A stretch of 57,128 nucleotides of DNA from Candidatus Hadarchaeales archaeon (GTDB lineage Archaea > Hadarchaeota > Hadarchaeia > Hadarchaeales > Hadarchaeaceae), in the NCBI GenBank assembly GCA_038872135.1, contig JAVZGN010000006.1, forward strand, positions 1-57,128. Direction: 5' to 3'. The notes beneath the pieces are model-generated. The model was not told the origin of the DNA, made no database searches, and saw nothing but the letters and a program-made list of their open reading frames with translations. This document shows positions 30,460 through 39,553 of the stretch, piece by piece. A program made the translations under genes and the position numbers. Position 1 is the first letter of the stretch. Each line of letters starts with the position of its first letter.

Positions 30460-30827
30460 TCTATCACCTCCAGAGAAATCTCCTCGCCTCTGTGATTGTA
30501 GGCCTTCCAGCTGCCCTCGGTGTAAGGATGTGCGATGATGATGTGGATCGATCCAAATTTGTCAAAAAACCTCAAATCCTCCGGGGAAGGGGCGGAGCTG
30601 CCGGTGGGATGGCTGTGAACGCTCCCACAAACGCTCGGGTCTATTCCAAGCATGCGGAGATTCATCGCAGCTCCCCTCTCCGACCACACCGTCCCAGGGA
30701 GAAGCAGAATTTCAGCAATCGCTCCCTCCCTCGCCCTCAATACCCCCGAAAATTCCCTCGGATGACAGGAGCGAGCAGCCTCCAGCATGAACCTCAGCGT
30801 TTCCCTCCTTATCTTCATATTTTCCAC
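30456..30827 (-). CDS. JAMM/MPN+ metalloprotease
   Basis: HPREF catalytic Glu; HSHPTGSSAPSPED motif. Confidence 0.9.
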   Translation of the reverse strand: MENMKIRRETLRFMLEAARSCHPREFSGVLRAREGAIAEILLLPGTVWSERGAAMNLRMLGIDPSVCGSVHSHPTGSSAPSPEDLRFFDKFGSIHIIIAHPYTEGSWKAYNHRGEEISLEVIE

Positions 30828-32593
30828 CCCGCCGCTTCATAGCCGGCCATCGCTCCAGTCCAGCTCTGGGGAACCTGTCTGTAGACCTCATATGGCAAAT
30901 TGCCAAAATATAGATTGGGCCGGGAGCTCTGCGGCTCGAGAGGAATCCATCCCTCCCCCGGCAGGAAAACTTCTGGCCACGCGTGGAGAGCAACTGTTTT
31001 CCCCTCGAGAGTTGTCGTTGAGATGAAGCCCCATCCCGCAGGGGGCTGCCAGCTGGAGGTCACCCATCCTATCATCCTTCTGGCCGGCAACCCAGCGGTC
31101 CTCGCCAGCGCGAGATATACATTTGTGTAGTCCCGGCACTGCCCCTTTCTCTCTTTCAGAGTTTCTTCTGAAGTCGGTGGAAGCGGTGAAAATTTATAGG
31201 TGAGATTTGAGCCGGTCCAGTTGGAAATCTCCTCCGCCAGGGAGCGCAGGGAAAGATTTTTTGGCAGATTATCCAGAACTCCCACGACCCTCTCTGTGCC
31301 GGTTTTCACATAAACATCTGGCAAAAGATAATATACATATTTTGCCGGGACTTCTACATTCTCCCACAAAAGCGTCCCGGATGGCACGGGAAAGAGCAAA
31401 ATGTTCTCCGGCATTTGCCCATTTTTTGAATTTAATGCAACCCTAAGCAGAGTGTAAAGAACATCCCTGAACCTCATCTTCCCCACGGGAGTGACAAAAC
31501 TACCGGGGCTCCTTCCTGTCGATGAAATCTGCTTTGCAACTTCAGTCGCAAGAGAAGAATATTCTTCTTTTCTCATTACCTTCAGAAAAGCATTCCACTC
31601 CCCAATTTCATTCTCCGGCGCCATCACATTTTCAATGTTTGATGGAGAAAACGCCAACGGGTTTCCTGAACGAATGGCTTCAGCCACCTGCAGCAGAATC
31701 TGGGCCGGCGTCATCTGATGAACTCTCCCGCCGGCAAACACAGGGTAGACGCTCTTGAGCTCCCGTCCATACTTCAAATCAAGCCTCAGGATTTCAAGCG
31801 ACTCCAAAAACGAGTTTTCTCTGGGTGCGACCCCAGCATAGGTTATGGTATAAGTGAAGAGGTTTTCGGCCAAGTTCTCCGGCGTTATCGTCATTTGCCC
31901 GGCATTTGTGAGGAAGGTGAATGTGTTGTCGATGAGCGCTGCTCTCCCCATGTGCTGGCCGAGCATGATCTTTGCCACAGAGTAGCTTCCCCCGCCATAA
32001 TCCGTGAACTCTGAAACCCCAGCCACATTCGCCTGGACATTTTCAGCACTTCCCGGAAGAACTATGAACATCAGACTGTTGCTCGAGTATCCCACTATGC
32101 GGCCTCTGCCGGCGATGCTGCCCATCATCACCACAGAAACCTCGCTTTCAGCTATCGTCTCCTGCGCCGCACCCACTGGGTCCGCCCACTCGAGGCTCAG
32201 CTCCCAGTTTTCACCGTTCCACCTTGCAACATTTGGAGATCTCCAGCTGAATCTCATCTCAACAGCTTCTCCGCCCACTATGTCCAACTCCATATTTTCA
32301 ACTTCAAATCCAAACCTCGCAAGGGCCTCCACCATTCCTCTCGCATATTCGCCCTCCATGCGTTCTTCTCCAACCCCAGATATCAGAAAATTTATGTAAT
32401 CTGCAAACTTTGAAGGGGGGATTCTAAGAACTCCCTGGGCAAAAACATCCCCATTTTCATCCACGAAAAGATAGTGCTCCTGAAAGCTCTCAAACTTCAC
32501 GACAACATTTTCCACAGGAACCATCCTAGGAAGAAAAAATGCCGCAATCGCTATCCCTGCAACAACCACTATCAAAACCGCAAGCCGCTTCAT
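30815..32593 (-). CDS. Exported transglutaminase-like protein with pseudomurein-binding-repeat-like region
   Basis: N-terminal signal/TM; GQCRDY...LARTAGLPAR, HAWPEV, GWIPLEP; central KEEYSSLA...TGRSP...GKMRFRDVLYTLLRV...NGQMP. Confidence 0.8.
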   Translation of the reverse strand: MKRLAVLIVVVAGIAIAAFFLPRMVPVENVVVKFESFQEHYLFVDENGDVFAQGVLRIPPSKFADYINFLISGVGEERMEGEYARGMVEALARFGFEVENMELDIVGGEAVEMRFSWRSPNVARWNGENWELSLEWADPVGAAQETIAESEVSVVMMGSIAGRGRIVGYSSNSLMFIVLPGSAENVQANVAGVSEFTDYGGGSYSVAKIMLGQHMGRAALIDNTFTFLTNAGQMTITPENLAENLFTYTITYAGVAPRENSFLESLEILRLDLKYGRELKSVYPVFAGGRVHQMTPAQILLQVAEAIRSGNPLAFSPSNIENVMAPENEIGEWNAFLKVMRKEEYSSLATEVAKQISSTGRSPGSFVTPVGKMRFRDVLYTLLRVALNSKNGQMPENILLFPVPSGTLLWENVEVPAKYVYYLLPDVYVKTGTERVVGVLDNLPKNLSLRSLAEEISNWTGSNLTYKFSPLPPTSEETLKERKGQCRDYTNVYLALARTAGLPARRMIGWVTSSWQPPAGWGFISTTTLEGKTVALHAWPEVFLPGEGWIPLEPQSSRPNLYFGNLPYEVYRQVPQSWTGAMAGYEAAGWKI

Positions 32594-33606
32594 CTTTCTA
32601 TTTCTCTCCTAACTTTTTTTGCTGCCTCAACCATGACCTCAAGCTTCTTCACAGCCTCTTCAACGCTCCTCGTCTTCAACCCGCAATCGGGATCTACCCA
32701 CACCTGCTCGGGCCTGAGAACCTCAAGCGCCTTTTTTATCCTCTTTTCTACCTCCTCCTGCTTTTCCACGAGGTGGGAGTGAACATCTATGACCCCAAAG
32801 GAGATGTCTTTCGTGAACGAGTGCTTCTTGAAGAGCTCTACGAGATCGAGATCGGAATTCGACATTTCAAGATCAAAATTATCCACCGGAAGCCGCAGCA
32901 TCTCCGGGTAGATGAACTCAAAGGCTCCATAGCAGATGTGATTGATGAAATAGGCGTTCACCCCTCTTGTTACTATTTCCATCGCCTCAATCGCAAACTC
33001 CGGGAGCTCCTCAGGCCTAGCAGAAATTGCAGGTTCATCGACCTGAATTATCTTCGCCCCTGCTTCCGCCAGAGCCTTCACTTCCTCGTGGATGACTTTA
33101 GCAAGCGCGAGACATGCATCTCTGCGGCTTGGATAGTACTCGTTGAAGCTCCAGTCCATCATCGTGTAAGGGCCGGTCACCATCCCCTTCACCGGCTTCT
33201 CCGTCAGACTTTGAGCAAATTTCCAGTGCTCAACCGTGATCGGGCCCTTCCATTTAATTTCTCCAGAGATTATCGGCTTCCTATAATACCTGTTTCCGTA
33301 ACTTCTCACGAGGCCGCTGGACGAAAAACCTTCCAGGTTTTCAGCGAAGTATGCCACCATGTCCCCCCTGTACATCTCCCCGTCCACAAGAACATCGATG
33401 CCGATCCTCTCCTGGATTTCAATCCATTCTCGTGTTGCCCTTTCCTCCAGTTTCCTCAGCTCCTCCGCCGAAACCTCCTTTCGCGAGAACTTCCGCCTGG
33501 CCTCGAGAAGGTAGGGGGGCTTTGGGAAGCTCCCAACAGAAGTCGTGGGGAGAAGCGGAAGGTCAAGACCCAGGCTTTCCAGCTTTTTTCTACTCAACCA
33601 TCTCAC
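32590..33606 (-). CDS. metE: Cobalamin-independent methionine synthase, catalytic half (split MetE)
   Basis: TTSVGSFP, DGEMYRGDMV, QVDEPA, Zn ligands HIC, E, PDCGLK. Confidence 0.93.
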   Translation of the reverse strand: MRWLSRKKLESLGLDLPLLPTTSVGSFPKPPYLLEARRKFSRKEVSAEELRKLEERATREWIEIQERIGIDVLVDGEMYRGDMVAYFAENLEGFSSSGLVRSYGNRYYRKPIISGEIKWKGPITVEHWKFAQSLTEKPVKGMVTGPYTMMDWSFNEYYPSRRDACLALAKVIHEEVKALAEAGAKIIQVDEPAISARPEELPEFAIEAMEIVTRGVNAYFINHICYGAFEFIYPEMLRLPVDNFDLEMSNSDLDLVELFKKHSFTKDISFGVIDVHSHLVEKQEEVEKRIKKALEVLRPEQVWVDPDCGLKTRSVEEAVKKLEVMVEAAKKVRREIER

Positions 33607-34576
33607 CCGCCATCCTCGCTATTTCTGCCACCTTTTGAAGCTTCTTGAAAGCCACCTCCCGGGGGAGATAATCCCCAAGCCCACAGGAGGTGGTGATGTA
33701 AACCCTCTCACTTCCAACCGTGGGGAGAATTTTTTCCAGGGTTGGGAGCACCTCCTCAGTCCTCTCCATCCTTGTGTTCCTGCCATCAACAATTCCTAGG
33801 GAGAGATTTTTAGTGCACCCCAGTCTTGCGATGACATCTGGGAGCCTTGGAGAATATGTGAAGTCAAGCCCCAGCCCGTCAACAGGAAGCCTCATGAACT
33901 TTCCATAGAATTGCGCCGCATCGCCAAAATAGGTGGTGAGGATGATTTCTGAATTTCCCTTCTCCTCGCAAACTTCCTTTACCAAACCCTCCAGTAGATG
34001 ATAGTCTTCAGGGTGCCTGAGTATCGCCGGCTCTTCCACCTGGATGATTTCAGCGCCCGCGCCCGCGAGATCTTTGACCTCTTCTGAAATGACATGAGCA
34101 AACTCCCTGGCGATGACGTCCAGCGGCACCCCCCGACGGTTTATTGACAGCCTGGCGAGAGTGTAGGGGCCGGTCAGAACCGCTTTCAGGGGTTTCTCAG
34201 AGACCCCCTTCGCAAACCTGAACTCCCGGAGGATGATCGGCTCTCTTCTCGCTATTTCCCCCTTTATCACCGGCTGCCTGAAGTAAAAGTTTGTGTCGAA
34301 AAATCTCAGCAAACCGTCTATTTCACACCCTTCAAGCTTCCTCGCGATGTGAGAAATCGGGTCATGCCACCTAATCTGACCGTCCGTCAAAATGTCCAGA
34401 CCAGCAGTAGTCTGTTCCTCGATCACCTCGCGCACAACCTCATCCTCCACCCTCTCAAACTCGGCCATGGAAATCTCACCCCGCTCAAGCTTTGCATATG
34501 CCTCTCTGTGGACCTGCTTCTCCAGGGGGGTTCCGATCCTTGGGTAGCTGCTGTGGCTGGCCGCCAGCACCTCCAT
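33590..34576 (-). CDS. MetE N-terminal-like half (split MetE)
   Basis: SYPRIG, DGQIRW, RFFDTNFYFRQP, GPYTLA, GIVDGRN; lacks the HxC Zn motif; adjacent to catalytic half. Confidence 0.88.
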   Translation of the reverse strand: MEVLAASHSSYPRIGTPLEKQVHREAYAKLERGEISMAEFERVEDEVVREVIEEQTTAGLDILTDGQIRWHDPISHIARKLEGCEIDGLLRFFDTNFYFRQPVIKGEIARREPIILREFRFAKGVSEKPLKAVLTGPYTLARLSINRRGVPLDVIAREFAHVISEEVKDLAGAGAEIIQVEEPAILRHPEDYHLLEGLVKEVCEEKGNSEIILTTYFGDAAQFYGKFMRLPVDGLGLDFTYSPRLPDVIARLGCTKNLSLGIVDGRNTRMERTEEVLPTLEKILPTVGSERVYITTSCGLGDYLPREVAFKKLQKVAEIARMAGEMVE

Positions 34577-34628
34577 GAAACCAACCTATATCCCCCCAAC
34601 TTCTTAAGAGAGTTTGCGGAATATTTTC

Positions 34629-34700
34629 GGGGCGAGCCAAGCTGGCTGGGACTGCCCGTTGGCCAACGTCTCGGGATGAACAGCTCACACCAATCGCCCC
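34629..34700 (-). ncRNA. Candidate structured leader RNA upstream of the metE operon
   Basis: Nested stems GGGGCGA/UCGCCCC, UGAGCUG/CAGCUUG (G-U pairs only on - strand), CCCG/CGGG; no known family recognised. Confidence 0.4.
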
Positions 34701-34738
34701 TTCAAATGCACATTTTTGTTCATTGAAAGCCATTTCTG

Positions 34739-34766
34739 CTTAAAAACTTTGCGAAAACTATATATA
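34739..34766. promoter_or_regulatory. Divergent TATA boxes for the metE operon (-) and gar1-tfb (+)
   Basis: TTTTTAAG on - strand (34739-34746); AAAACTATATATA on + strand about 25-30 nt before the gar1 ATG. Confidence 0.55.
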
Positions 34767-34791
34767 GGAGAAGTTGATGGAGAGTTAAAAG

Positions 34792-35055
34792 ATGGCACAG
34801 GCTTTTGGGAGAATTCTGCATTTGAGCGAGAGGGGGATTGTCGCCAAATGCTCCTCAGCCCCAAAGCTAGGGGAGCCTGTCTTGGACAGAAGGAAGAAAA
34901 GGATAGGAAACGTTGCTGACATCTTCGGCCCTGTCCACTCACCCTACATCCTCATAAAGCCGGCTTCTGGGCTCTCCGCCGAGGAGAAAAAGGCGCTAGT
35001 GAATTCAGACATATATATGGGGGAGGAGAAGCATGGAAGAGAAAAAAGAAAATAA
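34792..35055 (+). CDS. gar1: H/ACA RNP subunit Gar1
   Basis: [20 protein letters not shown]; conserved gar1-tfb adjacency. Confidence 0.9.
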   Translation: MAQAFGRILHLSERGIVAKCSSAPKLGEPVLDRRKKRIGNVADIFGPVHSPYILIKPASGLSAEEKKALVNSDIYMGEEKHGREKRK

Positions 35056-35950
35056 ATGTCCATCCTGCGGAAGCGTGAGGCTCGTCAGAGACTATGATCG
35101 AGGAGAGCTGGCCTGCGCGAGCTGCGGGCTGGTCATTCACGACAGGATCATGGACATAGGGCCCGAGTGGAGGGCATTTGACCAGGAGCAGAGGGAGAAG
35201 AGGGGGAGGACCGGTGCCCCCATGACTCTTACCATCCACGACAAGGGGCTCTCGACCATGATCGACTGGCGGGACAGGGACTCCCATGGAAAAGATCTGA
35301 CGCCAAAAAGGAGAGCCCAGATTTACCGTCTCAGGAAGTGGCAGCGGAGGATCAGGGTTTCTGACGCCATCGAGAGAAATTTGGCTTTCGCCCTTTCTGA
35401 AATCGATAGGATGGCGTCTCAGCTTTCCCTCCCGAGAAATGTTAGGGAAGCCGCCGCGCTCCTCTACAGAAATGCCGTTGAGGAGAAACTGATCAGGGGG
35501 AGATCAATTGAAGCTGTGGCAGCTGCAGCCCTCTATGCCGCCTGCCGGGAGTGCAAGGTGCCGAGAACTCTGGATGAAATCACCGAGGCTTCAAGGGCGA
35601 GCAAGAAGGAGATTGGGAGAAGTTACAGGTTTATTGCCAGGGAGTTGCTCATCCACCTCAGACCAACGAGCCCAGTGGACTACATCCCGAGGTTTGCCTC
35701 CGAACTGAAGCTCAGCGGTGAGGTGCAGGCAAAAGCTGTTGAGCTGCTGAAGGAAGCGATGAAAAATGGGCTGACGTCCGGACGGGGGCCAACTGGAGTT
35801 GCCGCAGCAGCCATTTACATAGCGAGCGTCCTCTGCGGGGAGAGGAGGACCCAGAGGGATGTCGCAGATGTGGCTAGGGTGACAGAGGTCACCGTGAGGA
35901 ACCGCTACAAGGAGCTCTGCGAAAAGCTTGGGCTTGATGTCGAGCTGTAG
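35033..35950 (+). CDS. tfb: Transcription initiation factor IIB
   Basis: Zn ribbon CPSC...CASC, GPEWRAF, cyclin repeats, [12 protein letters not shown]. Confidence 0.98.
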   Translation: MEEKKENKCPSCGSVRLVRDYDRGELACASCGLVIHDRIMDIGPEWRAFDQEQREKRGRTGAPMTLTIHDKGLSTMIDWRDRDSHGKDLTPKRRAQIYRLRKWQRRIRVSDAIERNLAFALSEIDRMASQLSLPRNVREAAALLYRNAVEEKLIRGRSIEAVAAAALYAACRECKVPRTLDEITEASRASKKEIGRSYRFIARELLIHLRPTSPVDYIPRFASELKLSGEVQAKAVELLKEAMKNGLTSGRGPTGVAAAAIYIASVLCGERRTQRDVADVARVTEVTVRNRYKELCEKLGLDVEL

Positions 35951-36177
35951 TTCCAATCATATACAATAACCCTGCTAGTAACTAGCCCCGCTAGTTCCAG
36001 AGCTTTGTTTCGGGCAAGTGTTACAGGCCCTGTCTCGCGTTTTCTACCATCGCTGCCGATGACATCGGCCATCGGAGGAATCACCATCTTGCAGCAGGGG
36101 GCGGATTGGCACTTTTGAAGGAAGCGTTTAGTTTAACGGCGCTGACACTACAAATAATTTGCAACCGACTTACAAAT

Positions 36178-36590
36178 GTGAAGGAACAGAATCCTTGGTG
36201 GGTTAGCCCGCGCAGTCCTACATCGAAGTGCCTCCAAGACCTCCTAGCTGTGAAAGTTCTCGAAATCATGCCCCAGATTTTTGGGTCATGCATCGAAAAA
36301 CAAGAAAATTCATGTACCGGACCCTTCATATACCGCGTGTTTTCTTACTACACGGGTGAGGAAGTTCTTGAAGAGACGGTTGTGAGTCGGATGTTGTCAC
36401 CCACCTCATCAGGGTTTTTGATACTTACTTCTGGAAAGATGGGAGTGAAATTGACGTGAGATCTATAATTGGAAAGGAGCAGGTGGGGTCCGAAAAGCTG
36501 GAGAAAGCCGAGGCACTTGAAGAAAGCCTATTTGCTCTCGAGGGAGGAGTTGCCCTCCTTCTCTCCTCTGCGATATGGCACACGTAAAAT
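36178..36590 (+). pseudogene. Decayed AAA-ATPase (AAA_14/DUF4143-like) remnant
   Basis: Fragments in three frames: EQNPWW, SYIE/CLQDLLAVKVLE, KKIHVPDP/FIYRV, YFWKDGSEIDV; no P-loop left. Confidence 0.65.
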
Positions 36591-36791
36591 ATGACCGACT
36601 CATTCCGCTCCAATATTCCTGATGATAGTTAGAAAGCGCACCCCTGGCGAGTGCGACATGCTCTTTTTCCACCTCTAGGCATGCTCGGCTTTCCAGATGT
36701 ATTCATAGCCCACATATCATCTTTTAAAACATCGCCCCACTCGCTTTCTAAACGCTTTTAGATACTTGGATAAATTCTCTCTGGTGTCAAA

Positions 36792-37568
36792 GTGATTCGA
36801 GTGGCTGTCTGCGGTGCCTGCGGAAGGATGGGAAGGCTGATCGTGAAGCAAATCACCCAGCAGAATGACATGCAAGTGGTCGCTGCCATCGACGTCCCCG
36901 GAACTCCTGAGGAAGGAAGAGACGCTGGAGAGCTAGCCGGTGTCGGAAGAATCGGGGTACAGGTAACCGGCGCTGAAAAGCTGCCAAAAATCCTCGCCGA
37001 CACGAGGCCAGATGTCCTAGTTGATTTCACAGTGGCCGATGCCGCCGTGGAGAATGTACGAAGCGCAGCCGGAGCCGGTGTTTCGGTGGTAGTGGGGACA
37101 ACCGGCTTTACGGAGGAGCAAAGGAAAAAGCTTGAGGAAATCATACATAAATCTGGAATAAAAGCCGTCATCTCTCCAAACATGTCGGTAGGGGTTAACG
37201 TCTTCTTCAAGGCTGTGGCAGAGGCGGCAAAAAAACTGGGCAAAGGATATGCGGTAGAAATCACGGAAATCCACCATGTACACAAAAAGGACGCTCCCAG
37301 CGGCACCGCGAAAAGGGCTGCAGAGCTTGTGGCCGAAGCTATGGGAATTGAAAAAGATTCCGTGAAAATAACGTCGATAAGAGAAGGAGAAGTAGTTGGA
37401 GATCACCTCGTGAAGTTTTCAAACGAATGGGAGGAGCTGGAAGTCATCCACAGGGCGAAGACCAGGGAAACATTTGCAGCGGGAGTGGTAAGAGCGATTA
37501 GACACGTGTCCACAAAAGGTAAACCAGGAAAGATAGAAAGCATGTTCGATGTACTGGGACTAGAGTGA
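36792..37568 (+). CDS. dapB: 4-hydroxy-tetrahydrodipicolinate reductase
   Basis: GACGRMG, VDFT, GTTG, EIHHVHKKDAPSGTA. Confidence 0.96.
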   Translation: MIRVAVCGACGRMGRLIVKQITQQNDMQVVAAIDVPGTPEEGRDAGELAGVGRIGVQVTGAEKLPKILADTRPDVLVDFTVADAAVENVRSAAGAGVSVVVGTTGFTEEQRKKLEEIIHKSGIKAVISPNMSVGVNVFFKAVAEAAKKLGKGYAVEITEIHHVHKKDAPSGTAKRAAELVAEAMGIEKDSVKITSIREGEVVGDHLVKFSNEWEELEVIHRAKTRETFAAGVVRAIRHVSTKGKPGKIESMFDVLGLE

Positions 37569-37575
37569 CCTCTGG

Positions 37576-38100
37576 ATGTTTGAAGCAATATTTTGGTCAG
37601 CCATGATCTTTCTCGCTAGGCTAGTCGATGTCTCAATGGGAACATTAAGGATGATACTGCTTGTAAGAGGGAGAAGAGAAATTGCCGCGATATCATCATT
37701 TTTCGAAATAACGATCTGGGTTTTAGCCGTGAGCAGGGTCATTACCCAGCTCGACAGATGGTATTACATTGTTGCTTTCGCTCTCGGTTTTGCCGCGGGT
37801 AACTTTTGCGGAAGCTATCTTGAAGAGAAGATCGCGCTGGGTTACACCTTTGCCTACATTGTTCCAAAAAATCCCAAGAAGCTCACCAGAGAACTCAGAA
37901 GGGCAGATTTTGGTGTCACTGTTTTGTACGGCGAGGGACTCAAAGGGCCAGAGCCTGTGCTAAATGTCATCCTGAAGCGGAGGGAGACAAAAAAGCTCCT
38001 AGAAATTTTGAAGAAATCTGATCCCCGAGCCTTCATCACACTCTTGGATGTAAGAGCAGAGCGCGGGGGTTATTTTGGGGGAATGAGAAAGGGAAAATAA
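37576..38100 (+). CDS. UPF0316 (DUF5698/DUF2179) membrane protein
   Basis: ARLVDVSMGTLR, FFEITIW, GFAAGNFCG, GVTVLYGEG, DPRAF. Confidence 0.85.
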   Translation: MFEAIFWSAMIFLARLVDVSMGTLRMILLVRGRREIAAISSFFEITIWVLAVSRVITQLDRWYYIVAFALGFAAGNFCGSYLEEKIALGYTFAYIVPKNPKKLTRELRRADFGVTVLYGEGLKGPEPVLNVILKRRETKKLLEILKKSDPRAFITLLDVRAERGGYFGGMRKGK

Positions 38101-38115
38101 TTCTGTTCCAGCAAT

Positions 38116-39549
38116 TCAAAGGAGAAACGTTAGCATCCACCCACCAACGGCCCACGCTGCCGTAAACATCAACATCGCCATCGGAAGGGAAACAGCGAGC
38201 ACCATCCTCTTCACAACCCCGTCATCCCCAACCTCTAGCTCAACGGCGTAGGCCATCAGAATCGCCGCAAGAACGACGGCATAGATTGCCAAGATTATTG
38301 AAAATGCTGGAGGAGAAAAGGATTTCCCGCTGAATATCTCGCTTTGGAAAGACTTCAGAAAAAGCACCTCCTGAAGCCTAGCCGTTATTGCCACAACAAA
38401 TGGAGCGAAAAAAACGGCCACAGATTTCATCGATGTTATCATCTCCCCAAACATCTCTTTTATCTCTTCTCTCAAAGAGTTGAGCTTTGCTAGATGCTGA
38501 GCAATGCTGCATATGGCCTCGCCGGCAACTCTCGTGCTTCTCTCCACAAAGCTCACTAGCATCTCCATGACCCCTCTAACGGTTCCAGAATCGATTGAGG
38601 AAAAAGAACCGACAGCGCCGAAAAATGCTTCTCTCAGTCCCATTCCACCAACCCCAACATTTGCCGTTGCCCTCGCAAGACACTCCTCAAATGCACTTCC
38701 CCTCACTTCCTTTGAGATGCTCGCCAAAACATCTTCAGCGGGGCGTCCCTCGCTCACCCTCCCTCCAAGCCCCATCAGCACCTCTGGAAGCTCCTCCTCC
38801 ATTCTCGCCAGGATTTTTCTCCTCTCATAGGCCTCGGCAGAGGATAGCCAGAAATAGAGAGCTAGCCCCCCGACAGCACCCCAGAGGGAGAGAATCCCGC
38901 CAACATCTGGAGAGAGATTCAGACCAATCGCTGCAGAAAGGGGCAGAAGAGAAATGCAGACGCAGAGAAGAAGCTCTTTTCCAGGGACTTTTCTCAGAGA
39001 GACCTGAGGCGGCGACAAAACCTGCGGCCTCTTAGCCAGGATCTGCTTGCTCAAAAGATAAACGGCTGCCGGCAGGATGCAGCAGTATATCGCTGCTATC
39101 GGCGCCAGCCCGATGGTTCCACCTATGACTGAAAATGTGGGGAGCAGGGCGACCAGCATGAGGGGGAGGAGTATCCCGACGCTGTAGATGATGAGGGTTG
39201 GGAGGTAGATGGACGACGCAAACCTGCGCATCCTTTTTCTAGTCTCCTCGAGGACGATATCAAAAGCGAGATCCAAATATCTCTCTCTTGTCTTTCCATT
39301 TGCCGCCTCCTCCAGGAGATGTCCTGCCCTTTCCATCTCAGGGTAATCCCCCTTCCACTCCTCGATGAAATCATCCAAGATCTCCGCAGGTCTTTCGAGC
39401 CTTCCCCTCGAGATTTTAACCCTCAGGTCTTGGCTCATCGCGTCTTCCCCGGAGCTGGAAAATTCGAGGGCCCGCTCAAGGTTTGGATTAACCTTCATCG
39501 CCATAGTCAGCCTTGCAAAGAGGGAGGTGGGATCGGCAACCCTTCTCAT
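38116..39549 (-). CDS. Type II/IV secretion F-domain (TadC-like) platform protein
   Basis: Two T2SSF-like modules with TM bundles (NPNLERAL; EEELPEVL...EGRPAE); directly downstream of the ATPase. Confidence 0.8.
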   Translation of the reverse strand: MRRVADPTSLFARLTMAMKVNPNLERALEFSSSGEDAMSQDLRVKISRGRLERPAEILDDFIEEWKGDYPEMERAGHLLEEAANGKTRERYLDLAFDIVLEETRKRMRRFASSIYLPTLIIYSVGILLPLMLVALLPTFSVIGGTIGLAPIAAIYCCILPAAVYLLSKQILAKRPQVLSPPQVSLRKVPGKELLLCVCISLLPLSAAIGLNLSPDVGGILSLWGAVGGLALYFWLSSAEAYERRKILARMEEELPEVLMGLGGRVSEGRPAEDVLASISKEVRGSAFEECLARATANVGVGGMGLREAFFGAVGSFSSIDSGTVRGVMEMLVSFVERSTRVAGEAICSIAQHLAKLNSLREEIKEMFGEMITSMKSVAVFFAPFVVAITARLQEVLFLKSFQSEIFSGKSFSPPAFSIILAIYAVVLAAILMAYAVELEVGDDGVVKRMVLAVSLPMAMLMFTAAWAVGGWMLTFLL

Positions 39550-39553
39550 CCTT

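Noticed and set aside
34640..34685. GGGACTGCCC...GATGAA resemblance to SAM-I riboswitch
   Set aside because: On the wrong strand for metE and lacks the AUC/GCAAC core.
36009..36030. TAACACTTGCC resemblance to a twister ribozyme (- strand)
   Set aside because: Downstream conserved pseudoknot elements are not present.
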